64,000 bases of DNA, from positions 2 to 64,001 of the forward strand of contig JAJYWS010000036.1 of NCBI GenBank assembly GCA_021791335.1. The letters are read 5' to 3'. The number at the start of each line of letters is the position of its first letter. Position 1 is the stretch's first letter. Source of the DNA: Thermoplasmata archaeon (GTDB taxonomy: Archaea; Thermoplasmatota; Thermoplasmata; Lutacidiplasmatales; UBA184). The notes below the pieces were generated by a model. It saw only the letters and a list, made by a program, of their open reading frames with translations. It ran no database searches and was not told where the DNA came from. This document shows, one piece after another, positions 30,396 to 38,680 of the stretch. A program made the position numbers and the translations under genes.

Positions 30396-31082
30396 TCATC
30401 GGGAGGCGGCGCGGGAGCTGACCCGACCTCCGATTCCCGGAGCCGGCGGAACGACGGGCTGGTCGGTGCCAATGCGTCGTAGGGCGCGGAGAGAGGGGGC
30501 CCACTCCTGGGTTTCGATCTCCCGATCCCGCTCGTAGAGATCGGCAATCCCCGCCGGAAGGGGCAGATGCGAACGGAGCAGGTAGATGTGGGCGAGGGTG
30601 GAGGGGCCGGGCGGGCCGGCCCGCACGTCCCCGTCCGCCGTACGGGCCCGATACCGGTAGTATTCGGGCGACGGCAGGAGCCAAATCAGGGAGTCGTCGG
30701 TCACCCGCCCCGGTCGGCCTTCGGCGCTGCGGACCTGGACCCGGAGGTGGCTCAAGAGGCTCGTCGGGAGGCTGAAGATGAACTTCTCCCCGAACTGGGC
30801 CGTCGCCAACAGGCGGCCCCGGATCGACTCGATGGCGATCGCCTCCCGGACCGGGTACGTCGCGACCACCCGGGCCAAGCCCGCGCCCCGGCCCAGGAAG
30901 GTGATCGATCGGCTGTCGGTCCGGCCGAGGCTGCCTCCCGGGGGAAACCCCAGCAGCTCCGCCACCTCCCGGGGCAACTGGGTGATGAGACGGCTGGGAT
31001 GGACCGCCCGGAGAATGACGTATTCCACAACCGGTCTGGACGCGTCTTGCGCTATATGTACCCTGGCCCGGTGACCGGTCAC
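30396..31082 (-). CDS. hypothetical protein (possible tandem AbrB/SpoVT-like swapped-hairpin motifs)
   Basis: 228 aa with balanced composition, unlike the competing 412-aa R/G/P-rich ORF. The GTG start overlaps the upstream HAD stop (GTGA). Segments LPREVAELLGFPPGG and FSLPTSLLSHLRV resemble AbrB-type motifs, but the call is weak. Confidence 0.6.
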   Translation of the reverse strand: MTGHRARVHIAQDASRPVVEYVILRAVHPSRLITQLPREVAELLGFPPGGSLGRTDSRSITFLGRGAGLARVVATYPVREAIAIESIRGRLLATAQFGEKFIFSLPTSLLSHLRVQVRSAEGRPGRVTDDSLIWLLPSPEYYRYRARTADGDVRAGPPGPSTLAHIYLLRSHLPLPAGIADLYERDREIETQEWAPSLRALRRIGTDQPVVPPAPGIGGRVSSRAASR

Positions 31083-31732
31083 CGTTCAGCCCGGGGGCGC
31101 AGCCGGCGGACGACCGGGAGGATGGCGGACCAGTCGTCGGAGTCCACCACCAGGTCCGCGGCGGCCCGCACGCCGGCCTCTCGACTATTGAAGGCGACCC
31201 CCCCGCCGACCCGGGGAAACAGGGCGGCGTCGGCCTCACCGTCGCCGACATGGAGGACCCTCCAGAGGGGGATCCGGAACTGCTCCGTGAGCTGCCGAAG
31301 GCCCCCCGGCTTGTCGGCCCGTACGCCCACCGGTGCGGAGAGGGCGCCCGGGGCACCGTAGGTCCCGGGCATCACCGCGAATCCGTCGAACCCGAAGGTT
31401 TCAGCGTACCACCGGCCCACATAGGGTGGATTGTGGGAGAGGAGCGCCACCCGGATCCCCCAACCATGGAGACGGTCGTTGGTCTCCCGGATCCCTGAGA
31501 TCCGCGGCGTTGAGGCCACCAGGGTGAGAACCTCCTCGACCGTGTGGCCCGCGGCCAGGGCCAGCAGCCGTTCGAGATGCCGGTCCTCGGATACACCGCC
31601 CCGGCGGAACTCCTCCATGACGGCATCGAATTCCGGGCGCCGGCCCAGCCCGTCCGCGATGTACTGCCAGCCGTGGCCCCGGGTCAGGGTTCCGTCGATG
31701 TCGACCGTGATCAGTTTCCAGGGAAGGCTCAT
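31079..31732 (-). CDS. HAD-superfamily phosphatase (subfamily IB, phosphoserine-phosphatase-like)
   Basis: 217 aa from the ATG at 31732. Motif I ITVDIDGTLT, motif II LLSHN, KPGG, motif IV HVGDGEADAALF. The 345-aa track ORF is an artefactual 5' extension. Confidence 0.85.
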   Translation of the reverse strand: MSLPWKLITVDIDGTLTRGHGWQYIADGLGRRPEFDAVMEEFRRGGVSEDRHLERLLALAAGHTVEEVLTLVASTPRISGIRETNDRLHGWGIRVALLSHNPPYVGRWYAETFGFDGFAVMPGTYGAPGALSAPVGVRADKPGGLRQLTEQFRIPLWRVLHVGDGEADAALFPRVGGGVAFNSREAGVRAAADLVVDSDDWSAILPVVRRLRPRAER

Positions 31733-31739
31733 GGGGAGC

Positions 31740-31973
31740 TCATCGAGCGCCGGAGCGACTCCCGAGGAGCACCCCACCCACCCAGAGCGCCAGCATGCCG
31801 GCCCCTCCAATGGGCAGGAGGGCCAGGAGGGCGGAGGGATCGGTGGGAAACAGGATCGCGAGCAGGAAGATGCCGAGGAGGCTGAGCAGCAGTCCGAGCC
31901 CCAGCCGCTGCTGGCGCCGCCGTTCCTGGGCAGATCGTTCAGGCGGGGAGGACGGCCGGGGGTACGATGCCAT
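31740..31973 (-). CDS. small membrane protein (2 predicted TM helices)
   Basis: 77 aa from the internal ATG at 31973. A basic N-terminus (RRRQQR) is followed by LGLGLLLSLLGIFLLAILF and LLALLPIGGAGMLALWVGGVLLG. It ends 8 nt before the HAD start, which suggests co-transcription. Confidence 0.4.
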   Translation of the reverse strand: MASYPRPSSPPERSAQERRRQQRLGLGLLLSLLGIFLLAILFPTDPSALLALLPIGGAGMLALWVGGVLLGSRSGAR

Positions 31974-32166
31974 CGGCCCCCACCCGGCTTGGCCCAGATA
32001 ACCGTGGTGGCCCGACCGGCGGTTCGGGCGGGGACCCAAAATAGGGGTGGAGGATGTCGGGGCGATGCCCCTCGAAGGTTCCCGCCCGGGTGGTCTCCGC
32101 GCGCACAGCGCGGCATCGGACTCCGTGGCCCGGGCCGAACGTCGAAGCCGGTCGATTGAAGAACCC

Positions 32167-32568
32167 ATGGCAGTCGCCCTCCTCGCCCGGGAACCCTATC
32201 CCTCCCTCGAGGTGCGCAATCCCCTCCACCGGACCATCTACCGGGTCTATTTTCCCGAGGGCTCGGCCCAGGGATTGGGGCTCTGTACCTGCCCCGACTT
32301 TAGCCGACGCGATCTCGGCACGTGCAAGCACATCGAGGCCGCGGGCCGTCACCTGAGGATGCACCCTCAGGGCCGTCCCGTGGGTCTTCGGGAGGTGCCC
32401 GACCCGGCCGACCTGTGGGCCGCCGTGGAGACCGATCCGGAGCGATCCGGGGGGCTCGGAACCCTCCATCACTGGGGCCGCGCCCTCCATCAATGGTCCT
32501 TCGACTCGGCACGGATCGGGGCCTCCCAGGCCCCGCGCGACCCCCGCCCGGAACCCGGCCGGCCCTGA
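32167..32568 (+). CDS. SWIM zinc-finger protein
   Basis: 133 aa from the ATG at 32167. CTCPDFSRRDLGTCKHIEA matches the SWIM CxCx(n)CxH signature. Divergent from the HAD operon. Confidence 0.6.
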   Translation: MAVALLAREPYPSLEVRNPLHRTIYRVYFPEGSAQGLGLCTCPDFSRRDLGTCKHIEAAGRHLRMHPQGRPVGLREVPDPADLWAAVETDPERSGGLGTLHHWGRALHQWSFDSARIGASQAPRDPRPEPGRP

Positions 32569-32704
32569 CACCCCTCCCCCGGCACCCCGGGCCCCCCTAC
32601 GGGGCTGAAGGCGCGTCGGGCTTGCTTACGGCGTCCGGAGCCCGGATCGGAGGAGGGCCGCAGCGCCGGACGCCGCCGCCGGTCGGCGGGCCGCGGAGCA
32701 AGCG

Positions 32705-32714
32705 TCTAAATAGC
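32705..32714 (+). promoter_or_regulatory. TATA-like element (TCTAAATAGC) for the secreted peptidase gene
   Basis: Centred about 26 nt upstream of the ATG at 32735. It is the only AT-rich patch in the intergenic region. Confidence 0.4.
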
Positions 32715-32734
32715 TTGGATACCTCAGGGTAACG

Positions 32735-34096
32735 ATGACGGCCCGGCCCGTCTTGCGAGCGGCGCTGCCAGTGGCGATTGCCCTCCTTCTGCTGGTGTCG
32801 ATTGCCGGGCAGGGCCCTGCGCCGACCACGACGGCTATGGCCACCACCTCCACCTCCGCCCCCTCCCCCGTGGGAGGGCCGACCTTGCTTTCGCCCAGCG
32901 TAATCGACTCGTCGGTCGCAGGCGCCTACCGGATGCTCATCCAGAACCTCTCCGGGAACCCGAACAACTACCCGAGCGAGTCGTCCGTCGAGGCCAAAAT
33001 CCTCCAGATGTTTCTCGAACTGAACTCCACGAACACCTTCAACAGCCTGGTCTCCACCTGGGGAGTGAACAACTTCACCTTCACCCTGAATTTCTTGGCC
33101 CCGAGCGGGATCTCCAATGCGACGTTCGGTGAGGAGTGGATCGCGTCGGCCCAGGATGGTGGCTTGGCCCACCAGGAGTATTGGGTGGGGACCGTCTCGA
33201 CGGGGGTCCTGACCGGGCCCTGGGAAACCACGCCGTCGAACGCCACCTACAACGGGGGATACGCGTACTCCACCAACTGGGCCGGCTACGCCTACTCGAC
33301 TCCCTCCTCAGCGACCGGCAACATCTCCAACGCCTGGGCGTACACCACGGTGGTTGCCCTTTCGGCACCCCCGCAGACACCGATCAACGTGCCGTACTAC
33401 GCCTCGGTCGATGCCTTCGGCTCGGTGTGGGTGGGCATCTCCCCCACCTTGGGAGGCAACAACGGACTTCTCCAGGCCGGTTATGAGTACGACGTCCAGG
33501 GCAACTTCCATCAGAACTACCAGTCTTGGTACGAGTACTACACTCCAGGGGGACAGAGTGCCATTTCGTACCCCGGGGCGGCCATCCCGAGTCCCGGCGA
33601 CAGCTACGGGATCGATCTCATCTATTCCGGCCTGAGCGTGATTAACTGTGTCCAACAGTGGTGGGGTGGCTTCGTCTGTACTGGACCGTTCCAGGTCTGG
33701 GACACCTACGTCTGCGACTACACCCAGGGCGCCTGCTCCTCGTCGACGGAGAACCTGCCGCTCAATTTTGCCCCGCTCTATAAGACCGAGATCGTGGAGG
33801 GGGTCGATGCCTCGGGGACCTTCTTCTTCTTCTACACCTGGAGCCACACCATGCAGCTCCCCCGGTTCGGATACATCCACATGTGGGGCGGAAACTTTGT
33901 GGCGGGAGGGGTGACCTATTCGGATGCCTCGGAGGTCCAGAACAACGACTACACCCAGATCGGAATGACTCAGCAGTCCGGCTACGTCAGCACCTCGGAG
34001 TGGTACACGCTGGCGAATACGTCCAGTCCGATGTCGGGGTACGGCTACCTGACCATCAGTTGGCAGAGTTCCTATTACGACTGGAACTACGTTTAG
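32735..34096 (+). CDS. secreted peptidase G1 (eqolisin / glutamic peptidase)-like protein
   Basis: 453 aa. Signal/anchor MTARPVLRAALPVAIALLLLVSIAG followed by a T/S/P linker. The G1-like core has STNWAGYAY, SVWVGISP...NNGLLQAGYEY (candidate catalytic Gln) and KTEIVEGVD (candidate catalytic Glu). Confidence 0.75.
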   Translation: MTARPVLRAALPVAIALLLLVSIAGQGPAPTTTAMATTSTSAPSPVGGPTLLSPSVIDSSVAGAYRMLIQNLSGNPNNYPSESSVEAKILQMFLELNSTNTFNSLVSTWGVNNFTFTLNFLAPSGISNATFGEEWIASAQDGGLAHQEYWVGTVSTGVLTGPWETTPSNATYNGGYAYSTNWAGYAYSTPSSATGNISNAWAYTTVVALSAPPQTPINVPYYASVDAFGSVWVGISPTLGGNNGLLQAGYEYDVQGNFHQNYQSWYEYYTPGGQSAISYPGAAIPSPGDSYGIDLIYSGLSVINCVQQWWGGFVCTGPFQVWDTYVCDYTQGACSSSTENLPLNFAPLYKTEIVEGVDASGTFFFFYTWSHTMQLPRFGYIHMWGGNFVAGGVTYSDASEVQNNDYTQIGMTQQSGYVSTSEWYTLANTSSPMSGYGYLTISWQSSYYDWNYV

Positions 34097-34218
34097 CTCC
34101 GAACCCACCCACGCCGCCTCCGGAAGAGGTCGCGGCCCAGCGCCGAGCCGGCGACCCGCTCGACCCTAGATCACGAGGGTCGATTTCCCGAGGTCAGGGT
34201 TGAACCGAGATCCGAGGC

Positions 34219-34527
34219 TCAACCGGTGCGGTGGGAGCGCTTGAGTCTCCGCAGACCGATCACGCCGACCAGGATCGCCACCGCACCGAGCGCGAAGACG
34301 AGGTAGGCTCCGACCATCATCGAGGGTGAAAGCGCCGGGGAGCAGGTGTACTGCGGTCCGGATCCGTGGATCATCTCCGGGGGGATACAGACCGTCTTGC
34401 CGACCCCGGTGAACTGGAACGCCGCAATGAGCGTGACCACCACTGTGGCTCCCACGCCCAGGATGAGGTACCAGATCCATCCCCGTGGGGACTGCACAGC
34501 GCTGGAAGGTAGAGGAAGTATTACCAC
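34219..34527 (-). CDS. small membrane protein (2 TM helices)
   Basis: 102 aa. WIWYLILGVGATVVVTLIAAF and MMVGAYLVFALGAVAILVGVIGL flank a Cys-containing loop. Basic C-terminus. Confidence 0.55.
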   Translation of the reverse strand: MVILPLPSSAVQSPRGWIWYLILGVGATVVVTLIAAFQFTGVGKTVCIPPEMIHGSGPQYTCSPALSPSMMVGAYLVFALGAVAILVGVIGLRRLKRSHRTG

Positions 34528-34820
34528 CTTTGGATTACCGGCCAGAGGGCCCTAGGGCGGGAGGGGCCCCATGCGTCCCGCTCGCGGCAGGGGCTCGGAA
34601 AGCGGCACCCCCCCGGGGTCCGTAGGACTCGACTCTAGCTCCCCGGATCGCCCGATCCCTCGGGCCGACCGAGTACCCGCTGCCTCGAAGAGACTCTCGG
34701 GCTATAGTGGGAAGATCGGCCGGCTTGGGCCGAGGAATCCCCCGCTCAATGAACTCGGACCGTCCGCCCCGTAGGGCAGACGGTCGGAAAGGGTTGGCCG
34801 CCGGTTCGAGGCTTACGGCG

Positions 34821-36581
34821 TTAGCTCGACGACATGCCCGGCGCGCCCTTGAGCGCCCGGATCTTGTAGTACTCCGGATCGACGATGACCTCGCCGTTGA
34901 CCCCCATCGTCTCGATGGTCTTGAGGGGGACCCCCGCCGTGCTCTTCGCGCGCTGCCAGTCCGGGATGGGGATCGAGAACTTCTTCTCGACCTCCGTCCG
35001 GTAGATCGGGCCCGAGTTGTACGAGCAGAACGGAATGACCCGCCCGTCCGGGACGGCGTAGTGGATATCGCAGCGCATCAGGCGCTGGATATCGTAGTCG
35101 TAGGCGTCCTGGAAGTGCATGTTCCCGATGTAGAGCGTCCGCCAGGCGAACTTGGCGACCGCCTCCTTGTTCCCCTCGGTGAAAATCGAGGCGATGACCC
35201 GGACGCTGTTCTTCTCGTTGAGACCCTCCGGGGCCCTCGTGAAGTCGAAGAACTTGGCCACATCGTGGAGCAGCCGGGCGCCCGCGACCGCGGTGCGGAC
35301 CCGGGCGAACCGGGCATCCCGGTACTTCTCGATCATCGACTCGACGTTCTCGAAGAACCCGTCGACATCCATGAACCGGGGGAGCGGGGTGATCTTCTGG
35401 CCGTCCTTCGAGATGAACGCGAAGGTCGCGCAGCCGCAGCCCGGGTGGGTGGTCAGGGTCATCTTCTCCTCGCCGTGGATGATGCTCACCAGTTCGGAGA
35501 TTGGGGCCACCGACGGAACAGGGAAGAAGTCCGACTTCTCGAAAGGCCCGTCCGTGCAGAGGATGCGCACGAGGTCCGACTGGGTGAACCGCATCTGGAA
35601 GCGGTCCTTGTCGGGAATCCGCGCCGTGAGGGCGACCGGCTGGAAGTTGACCCCGCGGACGACATCGATGTTGTCGATGGCGAACTTGACCGTCGGCCAG
35701 ATCTCCTTCTCGTTGAAACCGCCGACCAGGGTCGGGACCAGCACGACGCTGAGGGGCTTGTCCGGCTTCCCCTGGGCCAGCTCGGCCGGCGAGGAGTGGG
35801 TCTCCCGCGCCGCCTGGATGGCCTTCTGCTTGACCTTGAGCAGCGGGACCCCCCGGACCTTCCGGTAGATCTCGTCGTCGAGCCCGTCAAACTGGAGGTA
35901 GAGCGTGTGCAGCCCCGCGTCCCGGGACGCCTGGGCGAAGCCGGGTTCGTTGGCCATCCGGATGCCGTTGGTCGCGACCTGGATCTGCTTGAAGCCGAGA
36001 TCCCGGGCCATCGAGACCGCGTCCAGGAAGAGCGGGCTCAGTGTCGGCTCCCCACCGGAGAACTGGACCGCCACGGCGCCCACGGGCTTCTGCTCCCGGA
36101 GGGTCTTCAGCATGAAGTGGATCTGCTCGCGGGTGGGCTCGTAGACGTACCCCGCGGCGTTCGCGTTCGCGAAACAGACCGGGCACTTGAGGTTGCAGCG
36201 GTTGGTCAGGTCGATCAGGGCGAGCCCGGTGTGCGACTTGTGGTGGCTGCACATCCCGCAGGTGGTCGGGCAGCCGCGGAACTTATCGTAGTACGGGTTC
36301 TCGTAGCCGACTCCGTCGTGGGCATAGACCTCCATCCGGAGGTACAGGTCCACGTCGTTGGAGATGATATCCCAGAAGTACCCGTGCGTCCGGCAGGTCT
36401 TCTCCATGATCACCCGGTTGTCCTTCTCGCGGACGACCGCCGGAATGACCTTGATGCACTCCGGGCAGACCGAGGCCGTCTTTCGGGGGAGGCCCCGCGG
36501 GGCCTGGAACTCCTGCATTACTCGCGCCGGCATTCTCGTTTCCTCTCTTTTGCCCGCGTCGTGGGACTCGGGCTTGGCCAA
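34821..36581 (-). CDS. radical SAM enzyme, tetraether lipid synthase (Tes/GDGT-MAS, MJ0619-family)-like
   Basis: 586 aa. N-terminal Cys ribbon (SVCPECIK...KTCRTHG) and the radical SAM cluster motif CNLKCPVCFANA with GGEPTL. Size and N-terminal architecture match the MJ0619/Tes family as I recall it. Confidence 0.8.
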   Translation of the reverse strand: MAKPESHDAGKREETRMPARVMQEFQAPRGLPRKTASVCPECIKVIPAVVREKDNRVIMEKTCRTHGYFWDIISNDVDLYLRMEVYAHDGVGYENPYYDKFRGCPTTCGMCSHHKSHTGLALIDLTNRCNLKCPVCFANANAAGYVYEPTREQIHFMLKTLREQKPVGAVAVQFSGGEPTLSPLFLDAVSMARDLGFKQIQVATNGIRMANEPGFAQASRDAGLHTLYLQFDGLDDEIYRKVRGVPLLKVKQKAIQAARETHSSPAELAQGKPDKPLSVVLVPTLVGGFNEKEIWPTVKFAIDNIDVVRGVNFQPVALTARIPDKDRFQMRFTQSDLVRILCTDGPFEKSDFFPVPSVAPISELVSIIHGEEKMTLTTHPGCGCATFAFISKDGQKITPLPRFMDVDGFFENVESMIEKYRDARFARVRTAVAGARLLHDVAKFFDFTRAPEGLNEKNSVRVIASIFTEGNKEAVAKFAWRTLYIGNMHFQDAYDYDIQRLMRCDIHYAVPDGRVIPFCSYNSGPIYRTEVEKKFSIPIPDWQRAKSTAGVPLKTIETMGVNGEVIVDPEYYKIRALKGAPGMSSS

Positions 36582-36784
36582 CGGAGCTACCCTATCCTAC
36601 ATAATCCATCTGTCGTTCGGGTCGCTACACACCACCCCTTCCATGAGGGTGGCTCGCACGGTTCGTTTCGCTACAACCCCCTCACTCACAGGAGGTGGGC
36701 GGACCGGGAGCGGGTCGGACGCGATTCGGCACAGCCGGTCCCCATATCTTATCTTGCCCCGGGGGGTGGCTGCGCCGATTGGGA

Positions 36785-37327
36785 ATGGTCGCCCGCAAAC
36801 GGACCCGAAACCCCCGGAGATCGACCGCGCCCCGATCGGCTCCGAAACCCCGACCCTCCCCCCGTTCGGGAGGGTTTGTGGGCCGGGATCCCTCGCCGGT
36901 ACTGGATCGGTACCCCCCGAAGGCTCCGGCCTCGGTCCCGGCCCCTGCGATCGTCCCGAGGGTCCCGACCTCTCCGGCGGCCAAGCCCCCCGCGGCGGTT
37001 CCCGGACTCCCCACCCCACCGCCGCCGCTCCTCTCCTTGGAGCGGCCGTTCGATATCGACGAGTTCAGCCAGCTGCTCGGGGAGACCGCGATCCGGGTCA
37101 CCGTCCCCCGGGAGAGCCTGGCCGAGGTGCTGCGCCGGATCTCCGAGTTCATGGGCTTCGGGATCTACGTCTACTCTGTCACCGTACGTCCGGCCGACTC
37201 GGACCTCCTGAAGGGGTTCGTGGTCGATCTCCAGCGGGTCGACTTCTCCCGGGAGCAGGGTCGGTGGGTGCCCTTCGTCGAGCAGGGCGCGAGCGACAAT
37301 CCGTTCGGCCCCGGCGCGTCCCGGTAA
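36785..37327 (+). CDS. hypothetical protein (basic, Pro-rich disordered N-terminus plus a ~90-aa globular C-terminal domain)
   Basis: 180 aa from the ATG at 36785. The C-terminal part (FDIDEFSQLLGETAIRVTVPRESLAEVLRRISEFMGFGIYVYSVTVRP...) looks like a real folded domain. The N-terminal half is low complexity, so the start is uncertain. Confidence 0.5.
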   Translation: MVARKRTRNPRRSTAPRSAPKPRPSPRSGGFVGRDPSPVLDRYPPKAPASVPAPAIVPRVPTSPAAKPPAAVPGLPTPPPPLLSLERPFDIDEFSQLLGETAIRVTVPRESLAEVLRRISEFMGFGIYVYSVTVRPADSDLLKGFVVDLQRVDFSREQGRWVPFVEQGASDNPFGPGASR

Positions 37328-37347
37328 GCCGGCCCCGTCCCCCGGGG

Positions 37348-37611
37348 ATGGAGCTCATAAACTACGAGGGGGTTGCCGACGGGATGCCGCCCGCTCCACC
37401 TTCCCCGCCCGAGCGCTGGCTCGTCGAGGTCCAGCAGTTGCGCCAGGAACTCGCCGAACTCCGGGCCGAGCAGCAGCAGATGGCCCGGTCGATCGCCGAA
37501 CTGGTGACGACGTTCCGGGCGCTGGCCCTTCAGCTCGGCATCGCCAGCGAGCCCTATCGGGGGCGGTCGGCGGAGCGCCCGTCCTCGTCCGAACCTCCCG
37601 GATTCGCCTGA
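37348..37611 (+). CDS. small coiled-coil protein
   Basis: 87 aa from the ATG at 37348, 20 nt after the previous stop. Heptad-like WLVEVQQLRQELAELRAEQQQMARSIAELVTTFRALALQL. Confidence 0.5.
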   Translation: MELINYEGVADGMPPAPPSPPERWLVEVQQLRQELAELRAEQQQMARSIAELVTTFRALALQLGIASEPYRGRSAERPSSSEPPGFA

Positions 37612-37620
37612 CCGGTCGAC

Positions 37621-38676
37621 CTAGGGGTCCGGCGCCGGGCCCGGCGCCTCGCGGGCCGCAGGGAGGACGGCCTTCAGCCCGTACCGCCACTGTCCGTCCA
37701 TCGGGTAGAGCCGACGCAGCACGGTCCCGATGCGATCGCCGGCCCGCACGGTTCCGGGCGGGGAGTCGGTCATCATCAGCGTCGCCCGGAGACCCGGCGC
37801 GAGCTCGACCAGGGCCACATCGTAGGCCCCGCCGAACTCCACCAGAGGGTCGAATTCGGTCGGCTGGCCCCCCTTGCCGATCGTCGTCACCGCCTCCACC
37901 CGGCCGCCCGAGCGGGGGAGCTCGAACCGGACCAGATCGTCCGCGGCGCCGCAGCCCCGGCACCATCCCCGGACGGGGAAGGTGACCGTTGAGCACCGGG
38001 GACACCGGTCCGCCGCGAGCCTCCAGTGGCTCGCGATCCCCTCCCGGTACCGGGCTTCGGGCATATACGCCCCTTCGCTGACCGCCCGTTGGGCCCACCG
38101 CTCGAGATGGCGGCTCGGCTCCGGGTCGGCCCCCCCGGGGCCCGCCGTTGAGGGGGCCCAGCCCGCAAGGTCCAGGGTGGGCCGACCCCCCGGGGGCTGC
38201 GCTAGGGCATCGACGATCGCCTGGGCCGCCTCGATCGTGGGGGCCCCGTTCGGAACCCAAGCGAGGAGCCGCTCCCGCAACCCCGGATCCTCCCGCAGAT
38301 CCAAGGCGAAGGCCGCGGCGCCGAACCCCGGCCAAGGGCCGGGCGAATCGAGCAGATGGCCCGGGCCGTCGACCCCGAAGACGATCGAGGGCGTCGAGGC
38401 CGCTCCCGCCACCTCCGTGAGGGCCGCCTTCCAACCCTCCGCGCCGGGCGGGTGCTCGCAGAGTGCGACCGATCGGCCGAGCGCGCCGGAAAGCCCCCAC
38501 CGGAACACCTCCGGGAGCCGACCGACCCCGTGGAGGGTGGGCGCCGATCGGTCCCCAAGATGCTCGAGCGCCGCGATCGCCATGGTGAACTCGTCTTCGT
38601 CGGGGGCCGTGAGGCGGTGGCCCTGGGGGTCGGCGAGGCGCCCCCAGACACGGACGGCGCGGATCGGCGGAGTCAC
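37621..38676 (-). CDS. DUF35 (Zn-ribbon + OB-fold) protein fused to a short thiolase-superfamily/HMG-CoA-synthase-like N-terminal remnant
   Basis: 351 aa. The C-terminal ~135 aa has the rubredoxin-like CPRCSTVTFPVRGWCRGCG followed by an OB-fold pattern (DUF35/acyl-CoA-associated). The N-terminal ~130 aa carries APDEDEFTMAIAALEHL ... ALCEH ... IVFGVDGPG ... GAAAFAL, which is reminiscent of HMGCS but far too short. Confidence 0.8.
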   Translation of the reverse strand: MTPPIRAVRVWGRLADPQGHRLTAPDEDEFTMAIAALEHLGDRSAPTLHGVGRLPEVFRWGLSGALGRSVALCEHPPGAEGWKAALTEVAGAASTPSIVFGVDGPGHLLDSPGPWPGFGAAAFALDLREDPGLRERLLAWVPNGAPTIEAAQAIVDALAQPPGGRPTLDLAGWAPSTAGPGGADPEPSRHLERWAQRAVSEGAYMPEARYREGIASHWRLAADRCPRCSTVTFPVRGWCRGCGAADDLVRFELPRSGGRVEAVTTIGKGGQPTEFDPLVEFGGAYDVALVELAPGLRATLMMTDSPPGTVRAGDRIGTVLRRLYPMDGQWRYGLKAVLPAAREAPGPAPDP

Positions 38677-38680
38677 CGAT

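Noticed and set aside
25863-30537. 736-aa (25863-28073, minus) and 799-aa (28138-30537, plus) ORFs opposite ClC and the M13 peptidase.
   Set aside because: These are antisense artefacts with D/R/G/P/E-rich translations. The sense genes have clear TM/filter motifs or HExxH motifs.
34528-34820. 293-nt gene-free interval between the Tes-like gene and a small membrane gene. Its size is similar to an archaeal SRP RNA. It contains a CTATAG patch and a hairpin at about 34768-34800.
   Set aside because: I found no 5'/3' end complementarity, no helix-8-like GNAR tetraloop context and no conserved SRP motifs on either strand. It is probably a terminator plus a long leader, though it remains worth including in an Rfam scan.
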